A program made the position numbers and the translations under genes. 64,000 nt of DNA from Paraspadella gotoi (Eukaryota; Animalia; Chaetognatha): the NCBI GenBank assembly GCA_051294375.1, contig CM119265.1, positions 25,738,767-25,802,766 of the forward strand. The letters are read 5' to 3'. Of the stretch, positions 1-20,055 are shown in pieces; the first letter of the stretch is position 1; every line of letters starts with the position of its first letter. Under the pieces are notes generated by a model. It saw nothing but the letters and a program-made list of their open reading frames with translations, had not been told where the DNA came from and ran no database searches.

Positions 1-2080
1 ATACATCTCCAAGATCATACATAATTATGGGAGTTCCATGCGGGCAAGACAACAGTCGAGATTCGTCACCGCGGCACAAAAAGTTAATTACTTGATAGCG
101 ATCAAGAATCCATCCAAATCTTCCGTCTCTCACGTAATCTACGACGTCTAAACCGAATTCCCTGCAGACAACTCGGGCGTCTTTCAAATCAAATTCGTCA
201 TCTTTGACGGCTACATTGTTGATGTACAATATTCCCTCCCAAGGAACTGAGCCCCTCTTGAGCTTCAGCTCTGAAGGATGCTTCATCTTTTGCGCCAGAA
301 CCCTCCAAGTCGCTTCCGGAGAAATCCTCTTCGCCGCCGCCACGATCGTCGTCTCGTTCGCCTTCAGGGTCTCAATTTCCGGAAGTTCGCCGGAAAATCT
401 CTCGGCGCAAAATTTTTCCGCCTCTTTTTTCCTCAGTCGCGTTTGAACGAATCGAAAACACTTTTTTGTCCGCGTGACTTTTATCGTCGTTTCTTGTATC
501 AAAGTAACGCAGACCGGAGACGAAACGAAGCCGTCATCTTCCGTGGCATTGGCGCTTTGGGAAATCTCACAGATAAACCTTTTCCATTTGCGGCAACGAT
601 CATAGCTCCATTTATGAGTGTGTTTCCCTGTGACGTGAAAAAAGAGACAACGGTATGTGACTGCATCATCAGGAAAACGACTCCAGTCGGAGAAATTTTT
701 GTGAAAAATAATTCCACTGTGACTCCAGCGCCATACATTGCCTTCATCCAATCTACCGTCTTCCCCCACAGAACTTCCACCCCCGATCCAGACTTTCCCT
801 TGATTCATCAAACGAGTTGCTAGCCAACTGTTCTCCCTTGGTCCAGCAATTTCAGCCAAAAATCCTCCCATTTTATTGCAGATATCTTCACCCATTCTCC
901 AAGAGGCTTTAGACTTTGATATCCAATAGCAGCTTTCTCCACTTGGACGGCAAAAATCCGGTTTTCTATCGATGATAGCCTCGTTTTGGAGTCCACGCCT
1001 ACCAGCGTCGGCGAAGGAGTTGGAAATAGTTTTGAGTTCTTGGAGAATTTCAAACTTGTTTTGAGAGATAGACTTTGCAACGATCAGCAGGACGATGACC
1101 AAGTCGATGCCAAGACCCAAAGGAATAATCTTTTTCCAGGCTTGAAAGATTTTTCGCCAAAAAGCAACTGAGAAAAAGTAAACAGATGCCAATTTTTTTA
1201 GACATTTATTAATAATGGCAATGACAGGGAAACTGCTTGTGATGCACGATGCAAAGGGCCCTGGTAAATACCCAGTGGATATCTTACCGAATTTGCGGTT
1301 TTAGAAAGTTCTTGATGGCCTCCTACTTCTAGCACATTTAAACCTGCCGGCTTGTACAATGTACATTGTACAATGTACACTGAGGCTGTTCTGCTTATAC
1401 TTTAGCCGCAACATAATATATTCTATGTTTCTAATGAAACGCTTTACTGTGGAACCAGTACATGCCCACATGAAAAATAAGCGAATTTTTAAGGATATAA
1501 TCTGTTTTATTAAAAATTAAATACTATATACTATATCATTTATAAATATAATCATTTTGTTACAAATATCCTAATTTTTTTCAAACTCACCTCGTCTTTC
1601 GCGTTTTCTCTCACGTTTCATTTTCATGTTTTCTTTCCTAACTTGATACGAGTACCCGATTGGGCCCAAGTCGGTCGTCGACTCCGCTGCTGGTGCTACC
1701 GATGACCCCGCCAAGCTCGCTGCAAACCATTTTGATATCGACGGTGCGAATTTTTAAGAATATATTCTGTTTCATTTTTATTATATCATTTTTATTATAT
1801 CATTTATAAATATAATCATTTTGTTACAAATATCCTAATTTTTTTCAAACTCACCTCGTCTTTTGCGTTTTCTCTCACGTTTCATTTTCAACTTTTCTTT
1901 CCCAACTTGAAACGAGTACCCGGTTGGGCCCAAGTCGGTCGTCGACTCCGCCGCCGGTGCTGCCGATGACCCCGCCGAGCTCGCTGCCAACCTTTGCAAT
2001 ATCGACGTTGCCCTCGGGAGTGTCGATAATGAGTCGGACGAAGACGACGAAGACGACATTTGCGTGTCTCTTCTTATCAT
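1..2080 (-). CDS. Type II membrane protein: TM + C-type lectin domain + partial second CTLD + SRCR domain (3' end beyond window start)
   Basis: Exon 2080/2059-1855 (donor GAG|GTGAGT) splices in phase 1 to acceptor TTTCTCAG|1167, then an open frame runs to base 1. TM IIPLGLGIDLVIVLLIVA; CTLD motifs SCYWISKSKASW..ICNKMGGFLAEI..ENSWL..VWIG..WRW..KWSYDRCRKWKRFICE; SRCR motifs RGSVPWEG..FDLKDARVVCREFG..FLCRGDESRLLSC. Absent from the ORF track because there is no in-window stop. Confidence 0.8.
1481..2010. repeat. ~265-bp tandem duplication containing the first-exon end and splice donor of the lectin gene
   Basis: 1481-1745 aligns with 1746-2010 with scattered substitutions; minus-strand exon ends at 1591 and 1855 both keep the donor. 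Confidence 0.85.
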
Positions 2081-2676
2081 CGTGACGACGACTATGACAG
2101 CAGAACTTCTGACATTAACAGCGAAACCGATGAAAATGATCAAAAAGCCAAATACCTGGAAAGTCGATGACAATGACAGTAAACCTTGGGAGTATGCCTG
2201 CGAACCCGATGATAATGTCAACTTCTTCCCAAACGAAGAAGTTGTGTTAAAATGTTGTCTAAAGGTCTTTCACCGAATAGTTCAAAATATAATGCTGGTA
2301 GTTGGGTCGTTAAATGATCTATTAGTACTATTAGTAGTTGGATGTTAACTATTCAATGATCGCGGAAGTGGGATATATGCGGGCTAAAATAGTTTTCTCA
2401 GAAATGCCTCTGGATGGATGTCGTTGTCGGGAAAAAAAATGTCGAGAAAAATCTTGTCCTGAGTACCGTTAAAGATTTACCATATTTACCATTTACCATT
2501 TCCTTTTCTCTGTTTTCGCGTTTTATTCATCTGTGATGGTACAATAAATGATAACAATAACTATAAATGATATGATATATACGTAGGCGTTTTTTCAAAG
2601 GAGTCGTTTTATATGTCACCAAAACTGTCACAAAAAAGAAAAAATCTTAAAATTCCCCCCCACCCCCCCCCCCAAG

Positions 2677-3000
2677 GCTGCTCAACTCCTCAAAAAGTGT
2701 CGCGCCCGCTCGGGCGCCGTCTCCCCGGGGCGTCGTCATGATCGGCGACGACGTCCTTCTCTCCGACGCCGACGAAACGCCGCCACTCTGCGGCGGCTGG
2801 CGGCGCTGGGAGCTACGATGCGGCGCTGCGGCGGGGAAGAAGTCGCTGCGGCGGCTACGGCGGAGGAGTTTGCGCTGCCGTCCGGGGTGGCGGTGGTGGA
2901 GTGTTTCGTGGAGAGTGTCGAGGGTGTTGATGGAGGAAGAGGAGATGGAGGATCCGAGGAGAAGATTGCCGACGATGGCGACGACGAAGAATCCTCCAAA

Positions 3001-3036
<36 letters not shown>

Positions 3037-6000
3037 GTCACGAGTCCCGTAGACGATCATTTCGTCAAAGGCGTCGACGGAGGCGTCGAAGAAGACAAAC
3101 CCGTCGCGCCATCTCCCTCATCCTCCAAGACAGATTCCTCTACGCGGAGTTCGCGGAATGGCTCGTCCACTTCGCCCGATGGAGGAGATCTTCGTGACGT
3201 ATCTTCACCGGGAACCGCGCCGGATTCCTCGCCGGATTCAGCGCCGGATTCGGCGCCAGAGAGCCGCCTCTTGCCGAGAAGATTATCATTCGCCGGACGT
3301 TCGGACGGAGGCGGCGTAGCTGTACCCGCTGCGGCTGTCGCGGCTGAGAGCAAAGGGCTGCGCGCCTCCAAGGCTCGACCCGACGGCTGCGATCAATCGA
3401 CGAGCGACTGGAGATCGAGAGTCGACGAGCGAATCGAAGGTTCGCCGATCGATTCAGGGATCGAGGAAGAAAATAAAGAGGATGATAACCGATTAGATGC
3501 CAAGATTAAAGTTGACGATAGAAATGACAAAGATGAAAAGGATGATGATCGATTAGATGATAAGATTAAAGTTGACGATAAAAATGACAAAGATGAAAAG
3601 GATGATGATCGATTAGATGACAAGATTAAAGTTGACGATCGAAATGACAAAGATGAAAAGGATGATGATCGATTAGATGACAAGATTAAAGTTGACAAAC
3701 AAAATGACAAAGATGAAGAGGATGACGATCAATTAGATGACAAGATTAAAGTTGACGATCGAAATGACAAAGGAGGAGATAACAATCGATTCGATGACAA
3801 GATTAAGGTTGACGATCGAAATGACAGAGGAAAAGAGGATGTCGATTCAAGAGATAAAGTGGGCGAGTCAGAAGATCGAGAGAAAAGATCGATAAAACGT
3901 GGGAAAAATGATATCGAAAGAAATGTGTCGACAAAGTCGAAATGTGGCGATGGTGAAGAGAAGCGAGAACTAAATACTGAAAATCATAATGTGAGGGTTC
4001 AGGATGACCCGAAGTCCGGAACCGCTTCGACATCGCCAGTAGCCACATGCACAGTGTCGACGACGACGATGGCGACGGCGACGACGACGACGACGATAAC
4101 GACAGGAACAGAAAACTATAATCAAACGGAAATGATCAAATTTGAACGCAACGTTGCGACTGATTTCGGTCAAAGCGACTCGTGCCGAGTTTCGCCATTT
4201 CTCACGACTGAAACTCAACCAAGACTCAGCGAGACTTCAACTTCGACAGGGAAGTTGTGCACTCCGCCCGCGGATGCTGAGAGTGGAGAGTTGCGTTGCT
4301 CCACTCCTCTAAACGTCTCAGTCGCAGGCTCCCGCTTTGCTCCAGGGAATCGAAGCTCGAACGCCTCGTCGACTCGAGATCAATTATCTCTAGAAGAAGC
4401 TGGTGACGGAGGAGGAAGTTGCGGCGAAGGCGTCGACGAAAACGTCAACGGCGACGACGAAAAAGAAGGCGAAAACCAAGGCGACGTCATCAACTATGGC
4501 ACAAAAGAAGGGGTCTACAAAGAAGGTTGGAACTACGAGAACAAAGGCGAGGTTACGTGCGGCAACGTTGGCGAAAGTATTGGGAAAAACGAAGGTGAAG
4601 CCAACCTAAATGAGGACAAAAGCATTGGGGATGGCTTAGACAAAAACAAAGGCGACAATGATGGCAAAAATATCGATAGCAATGGCGATGGAAACGATGA
4701 TTGTAAAATCAAAGTTAAAAGCGTCTGCGATGGTAAAAACAATGGCGAAAACGAGGGCGACCGAGAAAACAAAAACGGTGGCGCCGCCGAAGAAGGTTCC
4801 CCGGCCGACGCCCTCTATCTCTCCGCCGAAGACGCCGAGATCCTCAATGAAGATCCTCCAGCGTCACCCGCATCAACGACGTCCCCGTCATCGCGGTTTT
4901 CGACGCCGCCAAGAGGTGACGCCGCCGCAGACGCCGCAGACGACGACGCCGACGACGAGATCGACTCGACCTTCGTTTCTCTCGCGGACGACAAAGCGAA
5001 GGATCGATCGAGCGTCGCAGTTTCGACGGAGACGTTGACGGGGCCTTCTCCGTCGCTGACGAGGTATTGGAGGATGGTTGGTTGGGAATTGGAGGAAGGT
5101 GGTTCGAGGGGGGGGGACTGTGGTTCTCGGAGAATGACTCTGGTGGAGAGGATAATGCAATGAAGGACTTATGAAATACTAGTATTTTACTTTTACATTT
5201 TGTATTCCTCACTTGAGATATTTACCGAGAACAGTTTCCAAGCTTTTCTTTCAAAAAATGAGGTTGTACGACTTTATATATGAAATTGGTACAACCAATA
5301 TAAAAATTATCCATTCATTTAATAAATAAGCTATCTTGCCCTGACTTTGGACAGGCTTTGGTGGTTTAAGGCCTCCATCACTCTTACAAGATAATGACAT
5401 AGCAGGTCCCTACAAGCTTTCAATCAAGACTCTCTCACAGTCCGATTATTCACTCCAGAGTACCTGGCTTCCCTATCAATGAAGTGGTATAGGCAGTGAT
5501 TTTGATTTGGGTATTTTCAACATTGAAATTGAAACTTAAATAACTATTAATTATTTTTTCCCACTGATAAATATGAAACTTTCTTTATTTAAAAAAACGG
5601 TTTGCATTAGTTATCTTCTCCTTATAACATAGAACTCACTGGGTGAATATCTATGCTTTCAAAATACGGTAAGACATGATTTCTTTCACGTTAATCATTC
5701 CAATTACGGTATCAGCCTTTATTAAAAAGAAACTAAAAACGATTTTTCATGGTAAGAACAACTTTTAAAGATAAAATTGCTCGGAAGATCTGTCGCGTTT
5801 TTTAGATATACTACTGCTTAGGCAAAAAAATCGGAACGCTATATTATTAAAATTTGTTTTTGTTTTCCACTGCTATTCTTGTTTTCTTTCTTTCTCGAAC
5901 TTTCGCTCTGACTCTCTTTTCTCTTTCTCTCTGTGTGAAGTATTTTGATTCTTCACGCCAACATAATAAGCGTTAAATATTATTTTATTTTGTCATAGTC

Positions 6001-6066
6001 AGTCACTCCTGTCCTACAACTGTTCTCACCCTCAATATTATCCATAACTCAATTCTTTGGTGGATG

Positions 6067-6100
<34 letters not shown>

Positions 6101-9020
6101 TCATCATAATGTTTGGTAAAATTAACACTGTGCTGAAGAAGACTCGAAAAAGAGTCAAAACATGTCCATTTCAAAATAAAACTCGTTGTTTGTAAACAAA
6201 AATAAACTTTTTTTCTCTCTCAATTTTATTTCGAGAAAACTTCGGTAGCGTATGATTTTATTCAAAGTTTGGTTGCCAAGCAGATTTAAAAAAATCGACA
6301 GATTTTTGTGAAAATTTTTTCCGCAAAAAGCTGTCGATTGAGAGAAATTAATTTCCTGACGCTTCCCTTTCAATAAAAGAAGGCGGTTTTTTTTAGTTTG
6401 TCAACTTTAGTATATTTCTCATCTATTAAATTTATAAAATAAGTCAAAAACCGAGTTTTAGTTTAAATAAAACGCACCTCACAAATCCTCACAAATTAAA
6501 GTAGGCTTAAAAAATTTTTTTGCAGCAAAACTATAAAATTTTTTGCCCTAATTTTTTAGGTACCAGAAGCACAACAATAAGGAATATTTGATTAGAATTT
6601 TAGACATTTTGAAGTATTTTTGTTTAACAAATTGTAATAAAATGTAAAAATGTAAGTTTTTGACTAGTCAATTTAAAAATTAATTCATAGGCAAACAATA
6701 GATGACTAACGGCAAATGAACCAAATCAGAGGTAAAGAAGATAAGAAGGACCCAAAAGCCGGAGTAAAAAATTTTTCTTCAATAATCTTCGCGTTCAAAT
6801 CTCAAGACAAAAGTCAAAATGGCAAAAATGGACATAATTTTTTTTTATTAAAAGTAACAAAAATGATATTGATTCTTGATTAGAAAATGCAGCAGGTGAT
6901 TTCAATTAATCTGTAGTCTCGCCAACTTTGTCTTAGAGATAAAATTTAATCATTTTTGTTGGTAATATTCTAACAATATTGAAAAAAGTGGTTTTTTTGC
7001 TAAATTCCTCGATAGAAATCACTGCCTATAATATTTCAAAGAATGTTTCAATTGTATAAAAAGACCACTCCCTTAAGTATTAGATCGGGGAATACTTATT
7101 GTACTCCGCACTAGCATCAAAATACAAGGAGCTGAATTTTATGAAATTGGTACAACCAATATAAAAATTATCCATTCATTTAATAAATAAGCTATCTTGC
7201 CCCTGACTTTGGAATTTTAGATTAATGCGTCGTAATAAAATAAAAAGAACCTTCTAAAACGAGAAGATAAGTTCGACATGAGAATAAATTTCCAAGTTGG
7301 TTTCCCCGAATCAATCGGGATGATTCAATTCGATTCATTTTCCATTTTTCCAATCACTCGACTAACGCCCCTCCTCCACCCTGCACCCCCCCCATCCGCC
7401 CCCCCCCCTCTTCCTAAAGCGACTCCAACCATCCCGACGACTTCGCCGGCCTTCAACTCGGCTTCGGCTCCAACCTTCCGTCGACGACCACCTTGGCGCC
7501 GACGCCGATGGAACTCTTTCGCCGGCGCCAACTAGAGGAGGACGCGGCGTTGGCGGCGCTGCCGCGGACGGAGCGGCGCTGCGTCTACGTGGAGTGTCAC
7601 TCGAAAATGACGCTGGCGCTGCTGTGCGACGCCGAGATGGCGCGAGACGGCGCCGCCATTTTCGGCGTTTTCAAAATCGGTGAGGAAGTTTTGTTTTTAT
7701 CTTCGGATCCGTGGAGGATTTAGATTTAGATTTAGATTTAGATTCGTTTTTTGTTTTTTTTTTTTTATCTTTTTTTAAATTTTTTAATGGAAACTCTTGG
7801 ATTTTTATTAATAATTAATAAAATTAAAATATGCTTGGATTAAAGGTTAAAGAAAACAAACGATAAACAGTATAAAATAGTCGAAGTCTGACAACCTGAG
7901 CCCCTCGAAAAAAAAAGGAAAAAAAAAGGAAAAAAAAGAAAGAAAATAAAAAAAAGGAAACAATCCCAAACAGAACCTATATTAGAACAATTATATTTAA
8001 AATTAGTCTCTTTCGATCGATTTTACTTAATAAATAAGCTGATTAGGTCCACCTCATTAATCACCTTTATCCTCTTCCCTCTTCCTCCTTACCTTCGCTT
8101 ATCCCTCCCTTCTCCTCCCCCACTCCCACCCAGCCCTCCAAGAGATGGCCGACCTGGAGGGGCTCCTCCGCCAATCCGGCGCCTCCGACGCCGCTAGGAG
8201 GCGAAGCGGCGCCGTCTACGATTTCTTTCTCGTCGACGGAAGAGACGCTTCGTTCGAGGGAAACATCGACGCCGCCGACGTCGCGGGTGAGTTCGGTCAG
8301 TCAGTCGTTCGGTCAGTCAGTCGTTCGTCAGTGCAGTCCCGTCTCGGTCAGTCAGTCGTTCGGTCAGTCAGTCGTTCGGAAGTTCGTTGATTCGTTAATC
8401 TTTACACCGAATTTCACTAAATTTGACTAAAATTTCTTCCCTTTTACTTAATTTAACTAAATTTTACTGAAACCTAGGAATCTTCACATAATCTTACTAA
8501 GAATAGCAAGATCGGGGCAAGATAGCTGATTCGTTAAATGAATGGATAATTATTATACCAATTTCATTTTCTTACTAATTTTATTTATGAAATTCACTCG
8601 TTTAATCTTCCTAAGTTTTATTCGATTTCACTTAAAACTTCATTGAATTTCACAAATTTTTTGCTGAATCTCAATGAATGTCACTGAATTTAACTGAATT
8701 TCACTAAAGTTCACTAGACTTTGCTCTGAATTTCACTGAATCTCACCGAGTCTCTCTAACGTTCACTCAATCCGTTCCAACTCAGACCATCACGTGGATT
8801 TCCTTCAAACGGCGTCGTTGATCCTCGACCGCCTCACGTCCGTCGGCGCCGTAGGAGGTGGCGCCGCGGTCGCAATAGACCGCGCCGCAGAAAAAAGCGG
8901 CGCTGCACGCTCTTCTTCTGACTCCGCAAAGTCGGCGTCGGAAATTGTGATGGCGAATCGAGAAAGATGCGTTTTTGGCGCCTCGACCAACGACGGTGGA
9001 AGCGTATTCGTTCAGGTTAA

Positions 9021-9051
<31 letters not shown>

Positions 9052-9687
9052 TACTATTATTATATAGCCATCAGCTCATGACCACTAGGTACTGGGTTAA
9101 ATCCCAAACTGGTACCTACCCTGCGGGATGCGTGAGGACGGCCTTCGGGTCGTGGAAAACCCTCAAGCCTGGTTCCAAGCCCAGCACCCGTTCCATGGCT
9201 ACTAGAGGGTGTTAAAGAAGTTGCGGATAGCACTCTTCAGCCACACATAGCGCCTTATCCTCATTCTTAGAATTATTATTATTTCTACTATTATTTATGG
9301 ATCTTAACTTAAAATTTACCATTGCTTCTATAACAACGAATGTTCGGTATACATGGAGTCAACCCTTTCTGGTCAGTGTGTTGTGGCAAGGACTCTCTCT
9401 CTCGCTACTCTTCTATTCATAAAATTCTGACCAAAGAACCTTATTCCTATTTCTCTTTTATGATAGATGACGATTAAAATTCCTTTTTTATTTATAATAT
9501 ATTAATAAAATTTAAATGCTTTAATCGTTCCTGTCTCAGCCCATCCACTACGCCCTCCCTCTTCCTTCAGGTGCGCAAGAAGCGTCAGACCCTCTCGATC
9601 CCGAAATCCAGTGACGAAGATTTTTTGGAGCGAAAACGAGTCAAGACTTTTCTGAGACACGACTTTGACGTGGGCTTGGGACTATGA
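2677..9687 (+). CDS. HPS4: HPS4 (BLOC-3 subunit) homologue, 3' exons; N-terminal longin exons not seen in window
   Basis: Phase-compatible GT-AG exons 2677-5063, 7420-7679, 8134-8286, 8786-9015, 9571-9687. C-terminus CVYVECHSKMTLALLCD..DGAAIFGVFKIALQEMADLE..YDFFLVD..FLQTASLI..EIVMAN..IPKSSD parallels human HPS4 as I recall it (LYTHCVKGLVLSLLAE..DSAAIEEVY..LNGLE..YNF..FLQAVSLM..EMTVRN..FPNPQD). Confidence 0.8.
3481..3828 (+). repeat. Coding 60-bp minisatellite, ~6 copies of DDDRLDDKIKVDDRNDKDEK
   Basis: Units start at 3481, 3541, 3601, 3661, 3721 and ~3778. Confidence 0.95.
5275..5490 (+). repeat. Dispersed unclassified repeat family (TGAAATTGGTACAACC...CTGACTTTGG)
   Basis: Other copies at ~7036-7212, ~8511-8568 (-), ~17761-17921, ~25292-25525, ~30217-30289 (-) and ~33283-33357. 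Confidence 0.8.
9066..9263 (+). mobile_element. 5'-truncated solo LTR of tRNA-containing TRIM family 1
   Basis: Matches the reverse complement of the LTR at 50081-50362, from AGCCATCAGCTCATGACC to the terminus GCGCCTTATCC(T/A)CA. Confidence 0.8.
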
Positions 9688-9695
9688 GAGAGAGA

Positions 9696-9783
<88 letters not shown>

Positions 9784-10861
9784 GTATATTTTTGATCATC
9801 TCTTTTTTGTTCCCGCATGACTTTTTTTCCTTCGAATATAATTTTATTTCTCCTTTAACCATCGATTGTAGATTTTGTTTTTTCAAAAAATCCACAAAAA
9901 CCCACAACAATTTTGAGTGAAATTAAGAATAATAAATAAATTTTGTTATAGCAGAACAATATTTCGAGCTCGACGTCAATTTTCCTGTTTGCACAAACTT
10001 CGTATGTTTATATTGTCACCTCGAAATAATATAATAAATCCTTTCTAACATTTTTTTAAAAATCAGACATAACCTTAATCCCCGAAAAAATTACTCATTC
10101 CACTCTTTTCTGTTCAGCCTTTTAAATATTATGAGGTTCCAATTAATGATTTTCTTACAAAAATGATGTTTTATATCTATTTAGAAAACTAGTGTTGTAT
10201 AAATGCAGGCTCTATTTCCACCAGATAAAAGAATTTGTAATAAATAATTTTAATGAATAACATTAGGCATCGTGAATTTCCTTTCGTTTCGTTGTGTTTT
10301 GAATTAATAGAAGACGTTTGAAATTATTTTCAACAACGATTTTTATTGTAACAAGTCGTACATGCTTCGGCTTTAGAGATGTACAAGCGTCAAAATTATT
10401 TGTGAATAACATTAAAATCTAAAACTGAAAATAGTGAAACAAGTAATTTTGCTATTTTAACAAAAAATTTTAAACTAAACCGTACCCAAAAAAGTACATT
10501 TTTTTAAACGTAGAAAAGGTTAAATCCGGTTACATTTAAATCCGGTTAGATTTAAAACTTGCCAAGAACAAGCTTTCAATCAAACTGGTTCTTTTCGACC
10601 GAGCCGTCTTTAACTTAAAGACAAATTTCTACGACGACATCGATGACGAAAAAAAAACATTACAGTACAGACGATGACGATGACAATAAAATGAATTTGA
10701 TTTCGTTTCGCTTTCAAGTTAACATTCAACGCAATCAGTACAATGACAACGACCACGTCAATGCTTTTAAATTTCGAATTCAATTTTTATCCGATTTTTA
10801 GTCACTAAAAAATGTGAAATAAAATAATATTCTATTTCGAACTGGGTGGGGTTTGCAGAGA

Positions 10862-10925
<64 letters not shown>

Positions 10926-11393
10926 ACTTCCCTTTTTCGACTCCGAGAAATCGATACATTTTTTTACTCTTCTGTAAAAAAAATTCTACTCTTCTACTCA
11001 AAGAACAAAAGATCACCGAGCGACTATAGTTTCGCGTTTCTCCGCCAGGATTCGATGCTCTTTCCATCGCTGCCTCCTCCCTTCAACGCGAGCTCTCTCT
11101 CACTTTCTGTCTCTCTCTCTCTCCCTCTCTCTCTCTATTCCTATCTCTCTATCTCTATCTCTCGTTCTCCCTCGCCACTACGTGTATACTCCTCGTATTT
11201 TTATCTCTTTACCATAGAATTCCCGACGATTCTGTAGGATTTTCTTCACGTCTTAAACAGAAAAGAGACACGAAACTAAAACGCGATGATTTTACGTTTC
11301 ACTTTCACGAAAACCGCTTAATCATCGCTTTAAATACTGAGTCGATTCACAACAATTCATCGAAAAAAAAAAGACTCGAAACATTTTCACTCG

Positions 11394-11429
<36 letters not shown>

Positions 11430-11462
11430 TTTCCCCCACCGCGAGACTCTCTCTCTTCCTCT

Positions 11463-11481
11463 CGCCCCGCCGCGCATGCGC
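11463..11481. promoter_or_regulatory. Candidate G-alpha-q promoter element: GC-box-like sequence plus NRF1/Ewg palindrome GCGCATGCGC
   Basis: GCGCATGCGC at 11472-11481, ~210 bp upstream of the ATG; motif match only. Confidence 0.35.
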
Positions 11482-11690
11482 CGGATCGAGAGAGAGAGAG
11501 GGAGAGAAGAGAGAGAGAGAGCGAGATAGGGAGAGAAGGAGAATCGGCTTAGGAAGATTGTCAATGCTCTGCGTCGTCAGCGGCGGCAGCAGCGGCGGCA
11601 GCGGCAGTCGGGGGCGGCGGCCGCGGCTTCGGCGGTAAGGGGCGCAGCGCCGGCGGCTTTTTTTTCCTTCACTTCTATGGCACAGCCAAA

Positions 11691-18238
<6,548 letters not shown>

Positions 18239-19345
18239 CTCCTATAAAAACTCTTCGTAGCTCCAACGTTTCTCGAAGTCACTCCTCAAATTTCGGTGTC
18301 GCTCGGCTCCCCGGACGTCGTTCACCGCAGCAGCAGCAAAAACGGAGGACGACCCTTTCTCCTTTTTTTCCCCTTTTTTTTCCTTTCCTCCCTTTCCTCC
18401 TTTCCTCCCTCTCGTTTCCTCTCTCCCTTCTTCCCCCCCTCCTCCCGGAAGCTTATCTATGCTGTCTCCCTCTCTCCCCCCCTTTTTTTTTCAAAAATAA
18501 AACAAACAAACAAATTCTAAACCTTTTTTTTTTTAAATGGGTTTCCAAAAAAAAAAAAACTTGAAGAGAAAAAAAAAGAATGAACTGCAGCTTGCAAAAA
18601 AAAAATCTGCGTTCGCTGTACTCTCCCGTTCGTTCGGTACAGTCGACGCCGTTTAACTCTTGTCACGCTTTTCTTCTCTCGTTGGTGTTTTTTTTTCTCT
18701 CTCGTCGCTTTAGGCGCGACCTACTGTGCCAGGAAAAATGTTTGTTTCCTCGTTCCTTTGACGAAATGTTAATTTAAAAATAAAATAGAAAAAATACACT
18801 AAAGTAAAAAAAAAAATGAGAGGATTGAATCGCAGTAATCGTAAATTAATATTATAATTATTATATGTACCGATTTCTTTTCTTTATTTTAAATAATGCG
18901 TTGAAATTAATTCTTCGTCTTCTTCCGCTTTCTTTTTTTTCTCCAACGTGACTTTTCCGCGCGATTTAAAAAATCCCCCGTTTTTTTTTGTTTGTTTTTT
19001 TGTAAACAATTTAAATAACAAATAAAAAGTTTTAAGGAAGAAATTCTGAAAATTTCTAAGGTTTAATTAAATCAGACAACTTTTTTTGTTACTTTTTTTT
19101 CCGTCGTCGAGTCCCACAATATCTTTCGTTCCAATCTAGTCTCAAAACAAAAACAAAAAAGATTAAAACTCTTTAAGTTCCATCGACCGTTTCTCTGGCG
19201 TCTCGGAATCCACTGTGCCGAAATTCCTCTCCAACGGGCGATCGAAGAGAAGGGAGGTTGCGCATTTAAACCTCGTGTGCGCAATGTGCAATGGCGCCAC
19301 GGTGTTGGAGGCCGATGTGGCACGATTCCTTGTCAATCGCACCAG

Positions 19346-19426
<81 letters not shown>

Positions 19427-19996
19427 CGTCGTTTCGGTCGCAGCGTCTCCAAGGACGCGTTGTCATGACGACGATGTTTACCGGCCAATCAGTCTGAGCA
19501 ACAGTTTCGGTTGTATCGTTTTTATTTGTTTTTTTTTTCTCATATATATCGAAGATAAAGAAACTAAAGGTTGAAAATGATCATCAATTAATTGTCCAAA
19601 GTTAATCAAGTCGTCAAATAAACCGTCGTTGTCAACTTTGTGACTTTTACTTCGTCGTCGTCGTCGTCATCGTCGTCATCGACGTTTCCCTAACGCCAGA
19701 TTCCGCGAAACGGTTTTGCCAAGCGAGATTTCACCGTTTGCGAGCTTCCTCGTTGACGCCGCCGACGCGCCCCCGAGGCGCCGCAGTGTCGCCGCCACTC
19801 CGCCAGGGCCCAAATTTTCCCCCCACCGCTCAAAAAAAAAATTAAACCATATTGCTAAGTTTCCGTACGCGTTCGAAAATCTTGAGCAGAATCAAAGTTT
19901 CGACGTATAAAAGATTCCTCGTTCAGAAATCTGAAGAGGAATTCTTTCCCCCCATTTTTCTCTCTCTCTGCTCCTCTCGCTCTCTCTCTCTCTCTC

Positions 19997-20055
<59 letters not shown>

